Shown: piece by piece, positions 22,243 through 30,710 of the stretch | Layout: each line of letters starts with the position of its first letter | How positions within the stretch are numbered: position 1 is the stretch's first letter | Source of the DNA: a virus | Lineage: Duplodnaviria; Caudoviricetes | Strand: one strand, 5' to 3' | Virus record (IMG/VR): IMGVR_UViG_3300032261_000043 | Span: 1 to 34,293 of that record | Length of the DNA: 34,293 nt | Made by a program: the position numbers and the translations under genes | Notes under the pieces: generated by a model | What the model was told of the DNA's origin: nothing | What the model saw: only the letters and a program-made list of their open reading frames with translations | Databases searched by the model: none

Positions 22243-24183
22243 ATGCGTGGCGACGCTATAGGGATGTTTTGGGAAGACACGTCTGAATATCTTGGACGCA
22301 ACTATAGCGGCCCACGCCCTTTGCCACCAATCCCCGATACCGGTTGGACGCTTCCAACGGATTACCCTTCGCTGGAAGGCCAAGGCATGATCAGCATCGA
22401 CGTTGAAACCAAAGACGTTGAGCTGCGAACAAGAGGCTGCGGCGCCAATCGCCCTGACTGTTATATCTGCGGCGTTGGCGTCGGCACCGAAGCAGGTTTT
22501 CGCCGCTATTATCCGGTGCGTCACGAAATGGGGGAAAACCTGCCAATCGATAGGGTCTTTGGCTGGCTCAAGCGAGAGCTCAAACGTCCGGTGCCGAAGG
22601 TCGGTGCAAACATCTTCTATGATCTGGCCTACTTCGATGCGGAGGGAATTGAAGTCACCGGTCCTTACTATGACGTGCAAGTGGCCGAGCCGTTGCTAGA
22701 TGAAACCAAGCTGACGTATTCGCTGGAAAGCATCTCGCAGGATCATCTCGGCGAGGGCAAGCGCGAAAACGAAATGTTGTCTTGGATGATCCGGGCTTTC
22801 GGCAATCAATCGAACATGAAAGGAAACATCTATCGCGCTCCGCCTGTCGTTGTCGGACCGTATGCTGAAAGCGACATTGATCTGCCGCTGCGCGTATTCG
22901 AATTGCAGAAGGCCGAATTGGAGAAGCAAAATCTTTGGTCCGTCTTCATGCTTGAGACGCGGCTGTTCCCGTTGTTGCTGGCGATGTGGAAGCGTGGTGT
23001 CCCGGTTGATCTGGACAAGGCCGAGCAGAGCTATGCCAAATTGGCAGAGCGACAAGTCGCTGTGCTCGCCGAGCTCAAACGATTGACCGGACACGACGCG
23101 GACATATGGGCCGCGGAAAGTCTTGCCAAGATATTCGATGCGATGAATGTCGATTACCCGATGACGGATAAGACCAACAAGCCATCATTTCGCAAGGATT
23201 GGCTCGCAGCGTGCAACCATCCGGCCGGGCAGTTGATCGTTGAAGCTCGCAAGCTCGACAAATTCAAGGGTACATTTATCAAGGGATACATTCTTGAAGG
23301 CAACATCAATGGTCGCATACATACGACATTCCATCCACTGCGATCCGATGAAGGCGGCACCGTGTCGGGTCGCTTCTCTAGTTCAAATCCCAATCTGCAG
23401 AACATCCCGATACGCGACAAGGAGCTGGGGCCGCTGATCCGCTCCATCTTCCTTGCCGAGCTTGGGCAACGATGGTGGAAATTCGATTGGTCGCAAATCG
23501 AATTCCGGCTGGCGATCCATCATGCGGCAAGGCTCAAGCTATATGGAGCTCAGGCAGTCATTGATCAATATCAGAATGACCCGACAACGGACTATCACGC
23601 CGTTGTCGCGGCGATCACCGGGTTGCCGCGATCGTCGGCTAAGAACATCAATTTCGGCATCATCTATGGGCTTGGCATTCCGGCTCTCGCCATCTCGCTT
23701 GGCGTAACCAACGAAGTTGCGGCGAAGATGTATCGCGAATATCTGCGGCGCGTTCCGTTCACGAGCAGGCTTCGCGATGCTGCGATGCAAGCCGCGATGC
23801 AGCATGGCGAAATCGTCACGTTGTCAGGACGCCGGCGGCGGTTCAACATGTGGGAAAGAAACGGAGTATACTTCCCCCATCGTGTCCCCGGTGCGCAACG
23901 CGCATTCACTCACAAGGCGCTGAATTCCCGGCTGCAGGGCGACGCAGCCGACATCATGAAAACCGCCATGGTCGATGCTTGGGAAGCCGGCATCTTCGAT
24001 GACGGCATTCTGGGAGCTCCGCATCTGACGGTTCATGACGAGCTGGACGGAAGCGATCCCGTAACACCAACCACGCAGGAGGCGTTGAATGAGCTAAAGC
24101 ATATCATGGAAACTTGTGTTCAACTGCTGGTGCCGCTGAAAGCCGATGGCGGGACCGGTATCAATTGGGGAGCCATCCAATGA
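22243..24183 (+). CDS. polA: Family A DNA polymerase with 3'-5' exonuclease
   Basis: ExoI IDVET, ExoII GANIFYD, ExoIII YAESD; SGRFSSSNPNLQNIP; motif A DWSQIEFR, motif B RSSAKNINFGIIYG, motif C VHDE. Confidence 0.96.
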   Translation: MRGDAIGMFWEDTSEYLGRNYSGPRPLPPIPDTGWTLPTDYPSLEGQGMISIDVETKDVELRTRGCGANRPDCYICGVGVGTEAGFRRYYPVRHEMGENLPIDRVFGWLKRELKRPVPKVGANIFYDLAYFDAEGIEVTGPYYDVQVAEPLLDETKLTYSLESISQDHLGEGKRENEMLSWMIRAFGNQSNMKGNIYRAPPVVVGPYAESDIDLPLRVFELQKAELEKQNLWSVFMLETRLFPLLLAMWKRGVPVDLDKAEQSYAKLAERQVAVLAELKRLTGHDADIWAAESLAKIFDAMNVDYPMTDKTNKPSFRKDWLAACNHPAGQLIVEARKLDKFKGTFIKGYILEGNINGRIHTTFHPLRSDEGGTVSGRFSSSNPNLQNIPIRDKELGPLIRSIFLAELGQRWWKFDWSQIEFRLAIHHAARLKLYGAQAVIDQYQNDPTTDYHAVVAAITGLPRSSAKNINFGIIYGLGIPALAISLGVTNEVAAKMYREYLRRVPFTSRLRDAAMQAAMQHGEIVTLSGRRRRFNMWERNGVYFPHRVPGAQRAFTHKALNSRLQGDAADIMKTAMVDAWEAGIFDDGILGAPHLTVHDELDGSDPVTPTTQEALNELKHIMETCVQLLVPLKADGGTGINWGAIQ

Positions 24184-24362
24184 AAGAAAAAATCGCGGAA
24201 ACATACACGCGCACAAGCGGCGATGTGGTTGGTAAACCAAGTATCGCCTGCGGGTATGATCACGTCGTGATCTGCTCGCAGTACATTCCTCGCCCGGCAT
24301 CCATCTCTTCTAAGCAATGGATGGAGTTTTGGGAAAGAGTAATAGCCAAAGAGCTATCCTAA
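24180..24362 (+). CDS. Hypothetical protein
   Basis: ATGA coupling, GGAG. Confidence 0.6.
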   Translation: MKEKIAETYTRTSGDVVGKPSIACGYDHVVICSQYIPRPASISSKQWMEFWERVIAKELS

Positions 24363-24385
24363 CCACACGCACAAAAGGAAAGACG

Positions 24386-24859
24386 ATGCATATCGATGAT
24401 CGAAACGTAACACGCTTGCCAAAAAATAACCTGCGCTCGTTGGAGGACATTCACCGTGACGACGTTGAAACTGGCATGGCTGAATTGACTGGGCAGGTTG
24501 TCAGGGAAAGAACACTTCCGGTTGCGGCTGCGCTGCCGCCGATGCCGGATTACGTGGAGCATCAGGAAAACGTTCCCCCCGTTGGCAAGCTAACAGCGGA
24601 GGCTCTCGTGCGTGATTACGAAGCAACGGCAAAAGAAATCGAAATCATGGGCAAGGAGCTGTTAGAGCTCCAAAAGCGAATGGAAGCCGAAACGCAGAAC
24701 ATTCATCAAGTGATCGAAGACGTGAAGGGACTTGCCAAGCGTTATCGCGATGAAGGCAAGGCGATCTTCAAACGACTGGAAGATGCCGCATTGATGACAC
24801 AATTGGTTCGCGAGAAGTGCGGTGAGCTGACAGAGAAGCTAAATCAAACCGCGAGCTAG
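24386..24859 (+). CDS. Coiled-coil hypothetical protein
   Basis: AAAGGA RBS. Confidence 0.7.
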   Translation: MHIDDRNVTRLPKNNLRSLEDIHRDDVETGMAELTGQVVRERTLPVAAALPPMPDYVEHQENVPPVGKLTAEALVRDYEATAKEIEIMGKELLELQKRMEAETQNIHQVIEDVKGLAKRYRDEGKAIFKRLEDAALMTQLVREKCGELTEKLNQTAS

Positions 24860-24861
24860 GA

Positions 24862-25059
24862 ATGCGTAAAATCCTGCGTGAGACGATCCGAACAATCAGA
24901 AAAGCAGGAGGAGAAGACGTGCGCGTTGAGCGCTCGTCAATCCATTTCAAGATCAAAGGGCGGGATGAAAGCATCCCGCTCCATATTGGTGATATTGCGA
25001 CAACACGACATCTGCCATCATTACGCAGTGAATTACGAAGAAAGGGATTGAGACTATGA
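24862..25059 (+). CDS. HicA-like small basic protein
   Basis: 65 aa; helix-G-VRVERSSIHFKI...IPLHIGDI...helix-GL pattern. Confidence 0.5.
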   Translation: MRKILRETIRTIRKAGGEDVRVERSSIHFKIKGRDESIPLHIGDIATTRHLPSLRSELRRKGLRL

Positions 25060-25334
25060 ACCGTCGCCGGCTGCCACGTTGCAGTCACAGATTGGCTGAC
25101 CATCAAATCAGTCAAGTAGTGCAGGAAGAAATCCGATTGATCAACGAGCAGATTGCACAGCTCGATACTTATCTGGCCTACCTCGAAGAATTGCCGACGC
25201 TTAAGCAGCGTCGGACACCAACGCTGAACCAAACCGAAACTGCATATAGCAAAGCATGGAGCATCAATGTCGGAGAAGCTGATAGCCGCGAAGCCTTACG
25301 TGTCACCGAACGCACTGCCGAGGACGAAGCCTAG
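25056..25334 (+). CDS. Hypothetical coiled-coil protein
   Basis: ATGA coupling. Confidence 0.5.
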   Translation: MNRRRLPRCSHRLADHQISQVVQEEIRLINEQIAQLDTYLAYLEELPTLKQRRTPTLNQTETAYSKAWSINVGEADSREALRVTERTAEDEA

Positions 25335-25518
25335 ACGTATCGGCAAACCACATCATAAAATAGCGGTCAACATCCCAACTCCGATCTATGACAAGATCGC
25401 CAAGCGGGCGAAGAAAGCCAAAGTGTCCTTCAGCGAAATGGCCGTGAAGCTACTCGATTGCGGCTTGTTCGATTACGAGGATAGCGAACAATATGACGAT
25501 CATGACGGAGATGGATAA
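25267..25518 (+). CDS. Ribbon-helix-helix DNA-binding protein
   Basis: KIAVNIPTPIYDKIAKRAKKAKVSFSEMAVKLL; GGAG RBS. Confidence 0.7.
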   Translation: MSEKLIAAKPYVSPNALPRTKPRRIGKPHHKIAVNIPTPIYDKIAKRAKKAKVSFSEMAVKLLDCGLFDYEDSEQYDDHDGDG

Positions 25519-25735
25519 CCGCATCAGAGAAACAACTGATGCAATATTCGAGGAAGCAACAAAACTAGGTTGCGCCATGGACAGGGGCGCGTGCGAAGCA
25601 ATAGCTCGTCGGCTGTTGGTCCCGCGCCCCGTCTTTTTACATCCGGGCGACATCGCCAAGTTTCACCGTGCAAGATACGAAGGAAATACAGATGCCTACA
25701 CAAGTCAAACCGAAGAAAAGGATTGTGGTGATTGA
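25493..25735 (+). CDS. Hypothetical protein
   Basis: Operon packing; start uncertain. Confidence 0.5.
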   Translation: MTIMTEMDNRIRETTDAIFEEATKLGCAMDRGACEAIARRLLVPRPVFLHPGDIAKFHRARYEGNTDAYTSQTEEKDCGD

Positions 25736-26189
25736 TCCGAAACGAATGCTCGTTGACTTTACCGAAGTCTTCGAAACAAATGACGCCTATCCGCTCGTCG
25801 GACTAGTTGGCGGAAAGGTTGATTTCGGAACTCTGGCTCGCGATCCCGACACCGGCATCACATACAATATCATCGTCTATGAATTCGGGCTCTACGTTCC
25901 TCCGGAGCATGGACACTATTTCTCGATTGGCTCTTCGCTCTATGAAGGCGGTGCCATCCTGTTTGCCGCCGATCACATGGGCGAAACGGTTTCGTATCCG
26001 GCAACAAAGCCACCGGTGCAATTCTATCGAAGCGGCGAGGAGGTTGAAGCCGCGATCCAGCGACGGGAAATCAATCGCCCGTATTCGGCAATCAATGGTG
26101 AAGTGATATGGCAATGGCCGAGCCATGGTCAATTCACCGAGCAGGCCATCCGCGACAGATTGAAAGAACAATTCGGGGGAAGCCTATGA
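25692..26189 (+). CDS. Hypothetical phage protein
   Basis: AAGGA RBS before ATG 25692. Confidence 0.7.
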   Translation: MPTQVKPKKRIVVIDPKRMLVDFTEVFETNDAYPLVGLVGGKVDFGTLARDPDTGITYNIIVYEFGLYVPPEHGHYFSIGSSLYEGGAILFAADHMGETVSYPATKPPVQFYRSGEEVEAAIQRREINRPYSAINGEVIWQWPSHGQFTEQAIRDRLKEQFGGSL

Positions 26190-26350
26190 GCACGATTTGG
26201 ATCACGCTAGGCATCGTCGGCATTCTGTACGGAGTGCCGAGAGCCTTTCGAACATTTGAGCGCGAGATGCGGGACGACAACAAGCTTTGGCTGTTCGTCG
26301 GTTGTCTCGGCATTCTGGCTTTCATCGGACTGACAAAGGTGCTTGCATGA
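26186..26350 (+). CDS. Small two-TM membrane protein
   Basis: ATGA coupling; two hydrophobic segments. Confidence 0.6.
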   Translation: MSTIWITLGIVGILYGVPRAFRTFEREMRDDNKLWLFVGCLGILAFIGLTKVLA

Positions 26351-26631
26351 AGAGGCGGCCGCGTGAACATTATCTTGGAAGCAGTCAAATGATGCCGAAA
26401 GCTTCCTGCGTATCATGTGGTGAGCCAATCGTCAGAGCTTCGCCGATTGATCACGACGAACCGGTGAAAGCCGGCAACATCATCGTCTGCCAGAAGTGCG
26501 CGCACGTAATGGCGTTCGATCAAAACCTGCGCCCTCGCAGGTTGACTGACGCGGAAATCCGGCGCGCAGCAAAAAATCCGTTGCTGCTAAAAACCCTGCT
26601 GACGATCCAAATCCACAACGCAAAAAAATGA
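26347..26631 (+). CDS. Zn-ribbon protein
   Basis: ATGA coupling; CVSC...CQKC. Confidence 0.65.
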   Translation: MKRRPREHYLGSSQMMPKASCVSCGEPIVRASPIDHDEPVKAGNIIVCQKCAHVMAFDQNLRPRRLTDAEIRRAAKNPLLLKTLLTIQIHNAKK

Positions 26632-26674
26632 GAGGGACACGCGGCCGGGAGGAAACCGCCGCTCGTCCCTCTCA
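26622..26674 (-). terminator. Terminator for leftward transcripts
   Basis: TGAGAGGGAC/GTCCCTCTCA stem next to A7 (U-tract on the minus strand). Confidence 0.55.
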
Positions 26675-26729
26675 ATCCTCCCCGCAGCACGTACCTCCAC
26701 GACGACGTACTGGCTTTGGGGAAGCCTAT

Positions 26730-26772
26730 AAGAAAGGGACCGGGCAGCAAGGCTGCTTTTCTGCCCGGTCCC
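26730..26772 (-). terminator. Second terminator at the convergence
   Basis: Perfect 12-bp GGGACCGGGCAG/CTGCCCGGTCCC stem, TTTCTT follows on the minus strand. Confidence 0.6.
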
Positions 26773-26809
26773 CGTCGCAACATGAGCGTACCTGTCAACG
26801 CCCGAGCGA

Positions 26810-27055
26810 CTAATTCAACTCTGATGCCGGCACGAGCTTCATCTGGCTCAAGCCTTCGTCAATCGCGATCATGAATTGCTGGCGTCCGTAGGCTTTGCAT
26901 TCCTGATCCGGAGCCTGCGCGAAGATCGTCCCGGCCATGTATCCGAGAGCATCGAGCGCGTGTATCGCACAACTATCGCCGCCATGAGTTTCCTGCCAGC
27001 GATCAAGCACACTCTGTATTTCCGCGGTCAACTCCGCCCGCTCTTTTGTCTGCAT
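26810..27055 (-). CDS. Hypothetical protein
   Basis: AAGGAGG RBS. Confidence 0.7.
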   Translation of the reverse strand: MQTKERAELTAEIQSVLDRWQETHGGDSCAIHALDALGYMAGTIFAQAPDQECKAYGRQQFMIAIDEGLSQMKLVPASELN

Positions 27056-27066
27056 GGAAGCCTCCT

Positions 27067-27297
27067 TTAGTTGGAGGGAATAAGCTCAAGCGCCTTTGCC
27101 GGCCAATGATCCGGCGTCACGCGGTCATCCCATTTCACGGACACGTCGTCCATGGTTATGGCGTAAGCAACAACGGTCCCGCGTCGCTTATGCCATAACG
27201 CCTTTGTCATGAGATGTTTGCCGCTGGTAGTATGGCCGAAAGTTTTTGCAACTGCATCTGTGAGCTTCACGCGATCCCCGATCTGAAATCGCGGCAT
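27067..27297 (-). CDS. Small SH3/KOW-like beta protein
   Basis: FQIGDRVKL...RGTVV...VSVKWD...LELI; GGAG RBS. Confidence 0.65.
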   Translation of the reverse strand: MPRFQIGDRVKLTDAVAKTFGHTTSGKHLMTKALWHKRRGTVVAYAITMDDVSVKWDDRVTPDHWPAKALELIPSN

Positions 27298-27309
27298 CGT
27301 TGTCTCCCG

Positions 27310-27762
27310 TTAGTTGAGCTCGAAGATACCTCCCCCGCCAAACTGAACCGACAACGGATCGCCGTCCGGAACATCGAACGGCGCATTTTCATCTAACGCT
27401 GCCACGAACAACAGATAATCCGTTGAAGGCGTGCCACTGTTTTTCCAGATCACTGCGTACTGTACATTACTGATTGCCCCTCCCGATGCTGTCCACAACA
27501 GCGCATCAGCCGAAAAGCGCATCTCGCTTGGAGTGTCGCCCACGTCCCATATGACGTGCTGCAACGCCATTCCACCTTGCGTATAGCCATTTGCGCCGGC
27601 AACTTCCCCCGTCAATTCCTCGAATGTCGTCATGGTCAAGTCAAGCGCGTTGCTTCCGTTCTGAAACAACGCCATCATAAAGCTGTCGTCATCTAGATCG
27701 ATGCCGCCATTCATCAAGTAACGTTTGGCAGAATTGTATGCCGTCCACGGTCCCGCGCCCAT
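27310..27762 (-). CDS. Putative virion structural protein
   Basis: GIDLDDD.F..AL...EV.G.NGYTQGG..L...F.AD...WTASGG.I...YAVI pattern seen in phage late genes. Confidence 0.65.
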   Translation of the reverse strand: MGAGPWTAYNSAKRYLMNGGIDLDDDSFMMALFQNGSNALDLTMTTFEELTGEVAGANGYTQGGMALQHVIWDVGDTPSEMRFSADALLWTASGGAISNVQYAVIWKNSGTPSTDYLLFVAALDENAPFDVPDGDPLSVQFGGGGIFELN

Positions 27763-27875
27763 CGCTTTTCCCTCATTGTGTGGAGCCTCACCCCATCGAT
27801 CCACATAACACGGTCGTCACCAGCATTCCCTAGTTTCACCACGGAACCGTCACATTTAGATTTGCCGTGACTTTT

Positions 27876-28217
27876 CTACATCATAGTGCCCGGCATGAAA
27901 CAACGGATAGCGATCGCGCCGTTTAGCCAGTAAGTCCAAACCCAAGCCCGGCCCGACCAATTGGGCTGCTTGACCACGGCATCGTCAGGCACATCAATCC
28001 AAACGGGCTCCCCTCCGTCCCGCCCGTCTAGACGGACACGATAATGCCCGCCCCTGCTTTCCCAATCGTCCGCCAAGATCGCGGCGCCCTCCGTGAACGA
28101 GCAGCACGGCCCCTTGTCGCTGCGCAGACTGTCAAACCACTTGTTGAGCTCCGGCCGACTAGGATCATGGGCTTGCGCCGGCGCCGTCAGCAGGGCCAGC
28201 AAAATCAGACATCTCAT
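27876..28217 (-). CDS. Secreted Cys-containing protein
   Basis: Signal peptide ending AQA-HD; WFDSL..CCS...W..VPDDAV...IRCF.PG. Confidence 0.75.
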   Translation of the reverse strand: MRCLILLALLTAPAQAHDPSRPELNKWFDSLRSDKGPCCSFTEGAAILADDWESRGGHYRVRLDGRDGGEPVWIDVPDDAVVKQPNWSGRAWVWTYWLNGAIAIRCFMPGTMM

Positions 28218-28229
28218 TTCGGGTTGCCT

Positions 28230-28258
28230 CTTGACACACGCTCTAGTTGTGATAATAT
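28230..28258 (+). promoter_or_regulatory. Sigma70-type promoter
   Basis: CTTGAC-N17-TAATAT. Confidence 0.65.
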
Positions 28259-28263
28259 CTCAT

Positions 28264-28380
28264 ACGTTGGAGGTCGGAATTTGGGTCGCCCGACGGAAAG
28301 CTTCAGACCCGCTCCGCAAGGAAAACCAAACTAGCCGAACCAACCAAAGACCCCGGCCAAAAGGCTGGGGTTTTTGTTTT
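28264..28380 (+). ncRNA. Candidate ~115-nt structured small RNA
   Basis: Bounded by a promoter and a terminator, no ORF, long interrupted stem with two inner hairpins. Confidence 0.6.
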
Positions 28381-28381
28381 T
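28347..28381 (+). terminator. Intrinsic terminator, possibly bidirectional
   Basis: CCCCGGCC-AAAA-GGCTGGGG-TTTTTGTTTTT. Confidence 0.8.
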
Positions 28382-28632
28382 CATTTCGGATCGCCTCCGG
28401 CTTGCTCAATCATCAAACGAACCGTCGCACAGTCTTCGCGAACGGCATTGATCTTGCCGTTCGTCATCGTGATCAGGCAATTCGTGCCTCTCGGAAAATG
28501 ACCATCCGAACCCTCGCGAGGTTCGCGAAGCGAACTAATCTCGGACGGATTGATATCAATTTCCTGCTGCCCCGTCGGTCCGTGAAGAACGACAAGGCGC
28601 AGGACTAGCAGCAATTGTGAGAACGTGATCAT
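28381..28632 (-). CDS. Hypothetical protein (weakly FlbD-like)
   Basis: L..P.G..I.INP..I..LRE...C.ITMTNGK...VRE....V. Confidence 0.6.
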   Translation of the reverse strand: MITFSQLLLVLRLVVLHGPTGQQEIDINPSEISSLREPREGSDGHFPRGTNCLITMTNGKINAVREDCATVRLMIEQAGGDPK

Positions 28633-28976
28633 TGTTTCTCGGCGGCATGAACCTGCTTGGGCTTGGCCTTCATGATGACCACGCGCCGCTCGATTGTGCG
28701 ACGCTCGATGTACTCTCGCCGAGGCCGCGGACGATAGACGGCCGGATGAAATGCCGGTGCCGGAGCTGGTACCAGAACGTATTGAGGGCCGCTGTTCATT
28801 GGATTAACAGCGTGATCAATTCCCCAATTCGTTTCGCCGCCAAACTTCGTCGGATCGTCATAGGCCGGCGGCACAATGCGTCCATAGATCGGAATGGCGT
28901 TTGGAATGTAGGTGCGCACAACCGGATAAGCTGCACACGCACAACCAATCGCACTAGCGACTAAATACGCTTTCAT
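28629..28976 (-). CDS. Hypothetical exported protein
   Basis: GGAG RBS; hydrophobic N-terminus, Pro-rich. Confidence 0.6.
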   Translation of the reverse strand: MKAYLVASAIGCACAAYPVVRTYIPNAIPIYGRIVPPAYDDPTKFGGETNWGIDHAVNPMNSGPQYVLVPAPAPAFHPAVYRPRPRREYIERRTIERRVVIMKAKPKQVHAAEKQ

Positions 28977-29025
28977 TACTCAGCTCCGTGAATGGTTTCA
29001 GATGCCATCCACCCCATTGTCCCCA

Positions 29026-29433
29026 TCAGTACTTCGGTGCTCCTCTTATTTCAGTCTCGTTGAAATAGAAATCCTGTTTGAACAGCCGTTGACTTTCCGG
29101 CGTGTTCGCTCGTGCTGATGTCTTCGTGGTGAAAATCATATTCTTCATTGCACGTTTTTCATCATCGATGTTAATCGGACGATAGGCAATCTGGAAGCAA
29201 TGTATCGGCCGATTGATCATCCCGCTTTCCGTCCAATGGATCGAAGGCCGCTCGACATAGGCAACCGCTTGCTCCAGCGTGTCGAATAGTTTCGCCTTCG
29301 TGATGTCATAGGTGAAGATCGCGTGGCCCTCGCCCTTGTTGTAATCCGGATCGTAATGCTCAAGCAGCACGTCAACCATCCAATGCCGCGGACGAACATA
29401 GATCGGGCCGGAGCAGACAACGGCGAATTTCAT
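29026..29433 (-). CDS. Hypothetical protein
   Basis: ATGA coupling. Confidence 0.65.
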   Translation of the reverse strand: MKFAVVCSGPIYVRPRHWMVDVLLEHYDPDYNKGEGHAIFTYDITKAKLFDTLEQAVAYVERPSIHWTESGMINRPIHCFQIAYRPINIDDEKRAMKNMIFTTKTSARANTPESQRLFKQDFYFNETEIRGAPKY

Positions 29434-29816
29434 TTCTTGCCTTTCTTCTTTTGATTTGCAACATGTAACGCCGTACTCTTTTGCAGCTCCTGCCGCATTC
29501 GCTCCCGCTCCTGCTCCAACATCTTCGCATAAGCCGGATGACGAGCCAAGAATGCTTCGTGCGCAGCAAGGTGTTGTTGTGGCGTCAACGGCTCGGGCTC
29601 CGGGAATGGCTTCGCCGCGTCAATGATCTTCTCGAATGGTGCGATAGTGTCGATCACCTCGTTTGGCTTGACGTGATTGATGTATTCGATTTCGCCATGG
29701 TCATCGTACCATTGCAAAGCCCTGATGTTGTCTTTCAACAACGCCGAGCAATCGGATTGATAGGCAATGCGATCCTTGTAGACCGTATCGGTTTCAACGT
29801 GGATTGATACGCGCAT
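29430..29816 (-). CDS. Tail-fibre-associated protein
   Basis: AAGGA RBS; IRALQWYDDHGEIEY...PNE.I pattern found after tail-fibre genes. Confidence 0.6.
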   Translation of the reverse strand: MRVSIHVETDTVYKDRIAYQSDCSALLKDNIRALQWYDDHGEIEYINHVKPNEVIDTIAPFEKIIDAAKPFPEPEPLTPQQHLAAHEAFLARHPAYAKMLEQERERMRQELQKSTALHVANQKKKGKK

Positions 29817-30099
29817 CGCTGATCCTTCTCTCCGCACTGTCAACGGCTTGGATGATCCCGGCAACCACTCCATTGCGGAATGTTTCCATCGTGGCGTTGC
29901 CCTGTCGTGTCATCTGCGCATTCTCGACTAGCAGCGTAGGCAATAGAGCGACCGCGCATCGCCAATCGTCAATCATCTCCTCGCTCTGCGGGTCTTTGCC
30001 CCGCACCCTAGTGAACCACGGACACCTGTGGCAAACCTCGCTCACGTCAACCTTGTGGAGAGGACAAACCGGACCGGGATTGGCATGAGGAATTAGCAT
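29794..30099 (-). CDS. Cys-rich putative Zn-binding protein of tail-fibre loci
   Basis: TGATG coupling; CPL..C..CPW..RG.DP...DDW.CA...LP.LL.EN...ETFRN. Confidence 0.7.
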   Translation of the reverse strand: MLIPHANPGPVCPLHKVDVSEVCHRCPWFTRVRGKDPQSEEMIDDWRCAVALLPTLLVENAQMTRQGNATMETFRNGVVAGIIQAVDSAERRISDARINPR

Positions 30100-30710
30100 C
30101 AGTTCATGCTCGCGATGATGACATCTATGTATTGCACTTGCATCGTGATCGGATGGTTGTGAGCGCCACCGCCGCCGCTGCTCGTCGCACCGGTCAAAGT
30201 GTTGGCGGCACTGTCTACGCCAATGCCATAACCGGAAGACGTGCCAGCCACGTCCCATTCTCCGGTTGTGCCAGTCGCGTTGTTCCAGCTGGTATATTGT
30301 CCGGACGGGCCGAAGTAATCATGCACGAACGTGCCGGAGCCACCGGGATAAACCGTCACAGTGCCGCTGACGCTGACATTCAAGTTGGCTTCTTCGGAAG
30401 CGACCAACGTATGATTGCCGACAACGGTTTGAGCCTGCACGGTTGAAAACGGATTTGTGCCGCCCGAAACTCCGCCTGTCCCCGATACGACGCGCAGCGC
30501 CTTGTCGTTCTGTGTTGTCACTTGCGTCCAACCAAGCGGCGCCGTGGCCTGATAGAACAGCATCACTGTGCCGGATGGCACGAAATTGGTAAAGGCTGAC
30601 GCCATCGTCCAAACAGTGCCATCCCATTTGTACTGCGGAACGCCAGCAATTGCCGGGCTCGGGAAAAGCTGGCCTACGCTTGGCGAATTTGGGAAATCGA
30701 GAGCAGCCAT
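30099..30710 (-). CDS. Tail fibre protein (collar-like domain)
   Basis: LDFPNSPSVGQ...KWDGTVW; PSGTVMLFYQATAPLGWT; H.L...E; GGGAHNH...VQYIDVI. Confidence 0.8.
   Translation of the reverse strand: MAALDFPNSPSVGQLFPSPAIAGVPQYKWDGTVWTMASAFTNFVPSGTVMLFYQATAPLGWTQVTTQNDKALRVVSGTGGVSGGTNPFSTVQAQTVVGNHTLVASEEANLNVSVSGTVTVYPGGSGTFVHDYFGPSGQYTSWNNATGTTGEWDVAGTSSGYGIGVDSAANTLTGATSSGGGGAHNHPITMQVQYIDVIIASMN

Noticed and set aside
22243-24183. Specialised DpoZ-type or intron/intein-split polymerase
   Set aside because: The ORF is continuous and of normal length, motif B has the standard Phe (NFG), and no purZ is present in the window
26186-26350. Two-TM protein as a holin
   Set aside because: No endolysin or spanin nearby and it lies in the replication-side operon, so evidence is insufficient
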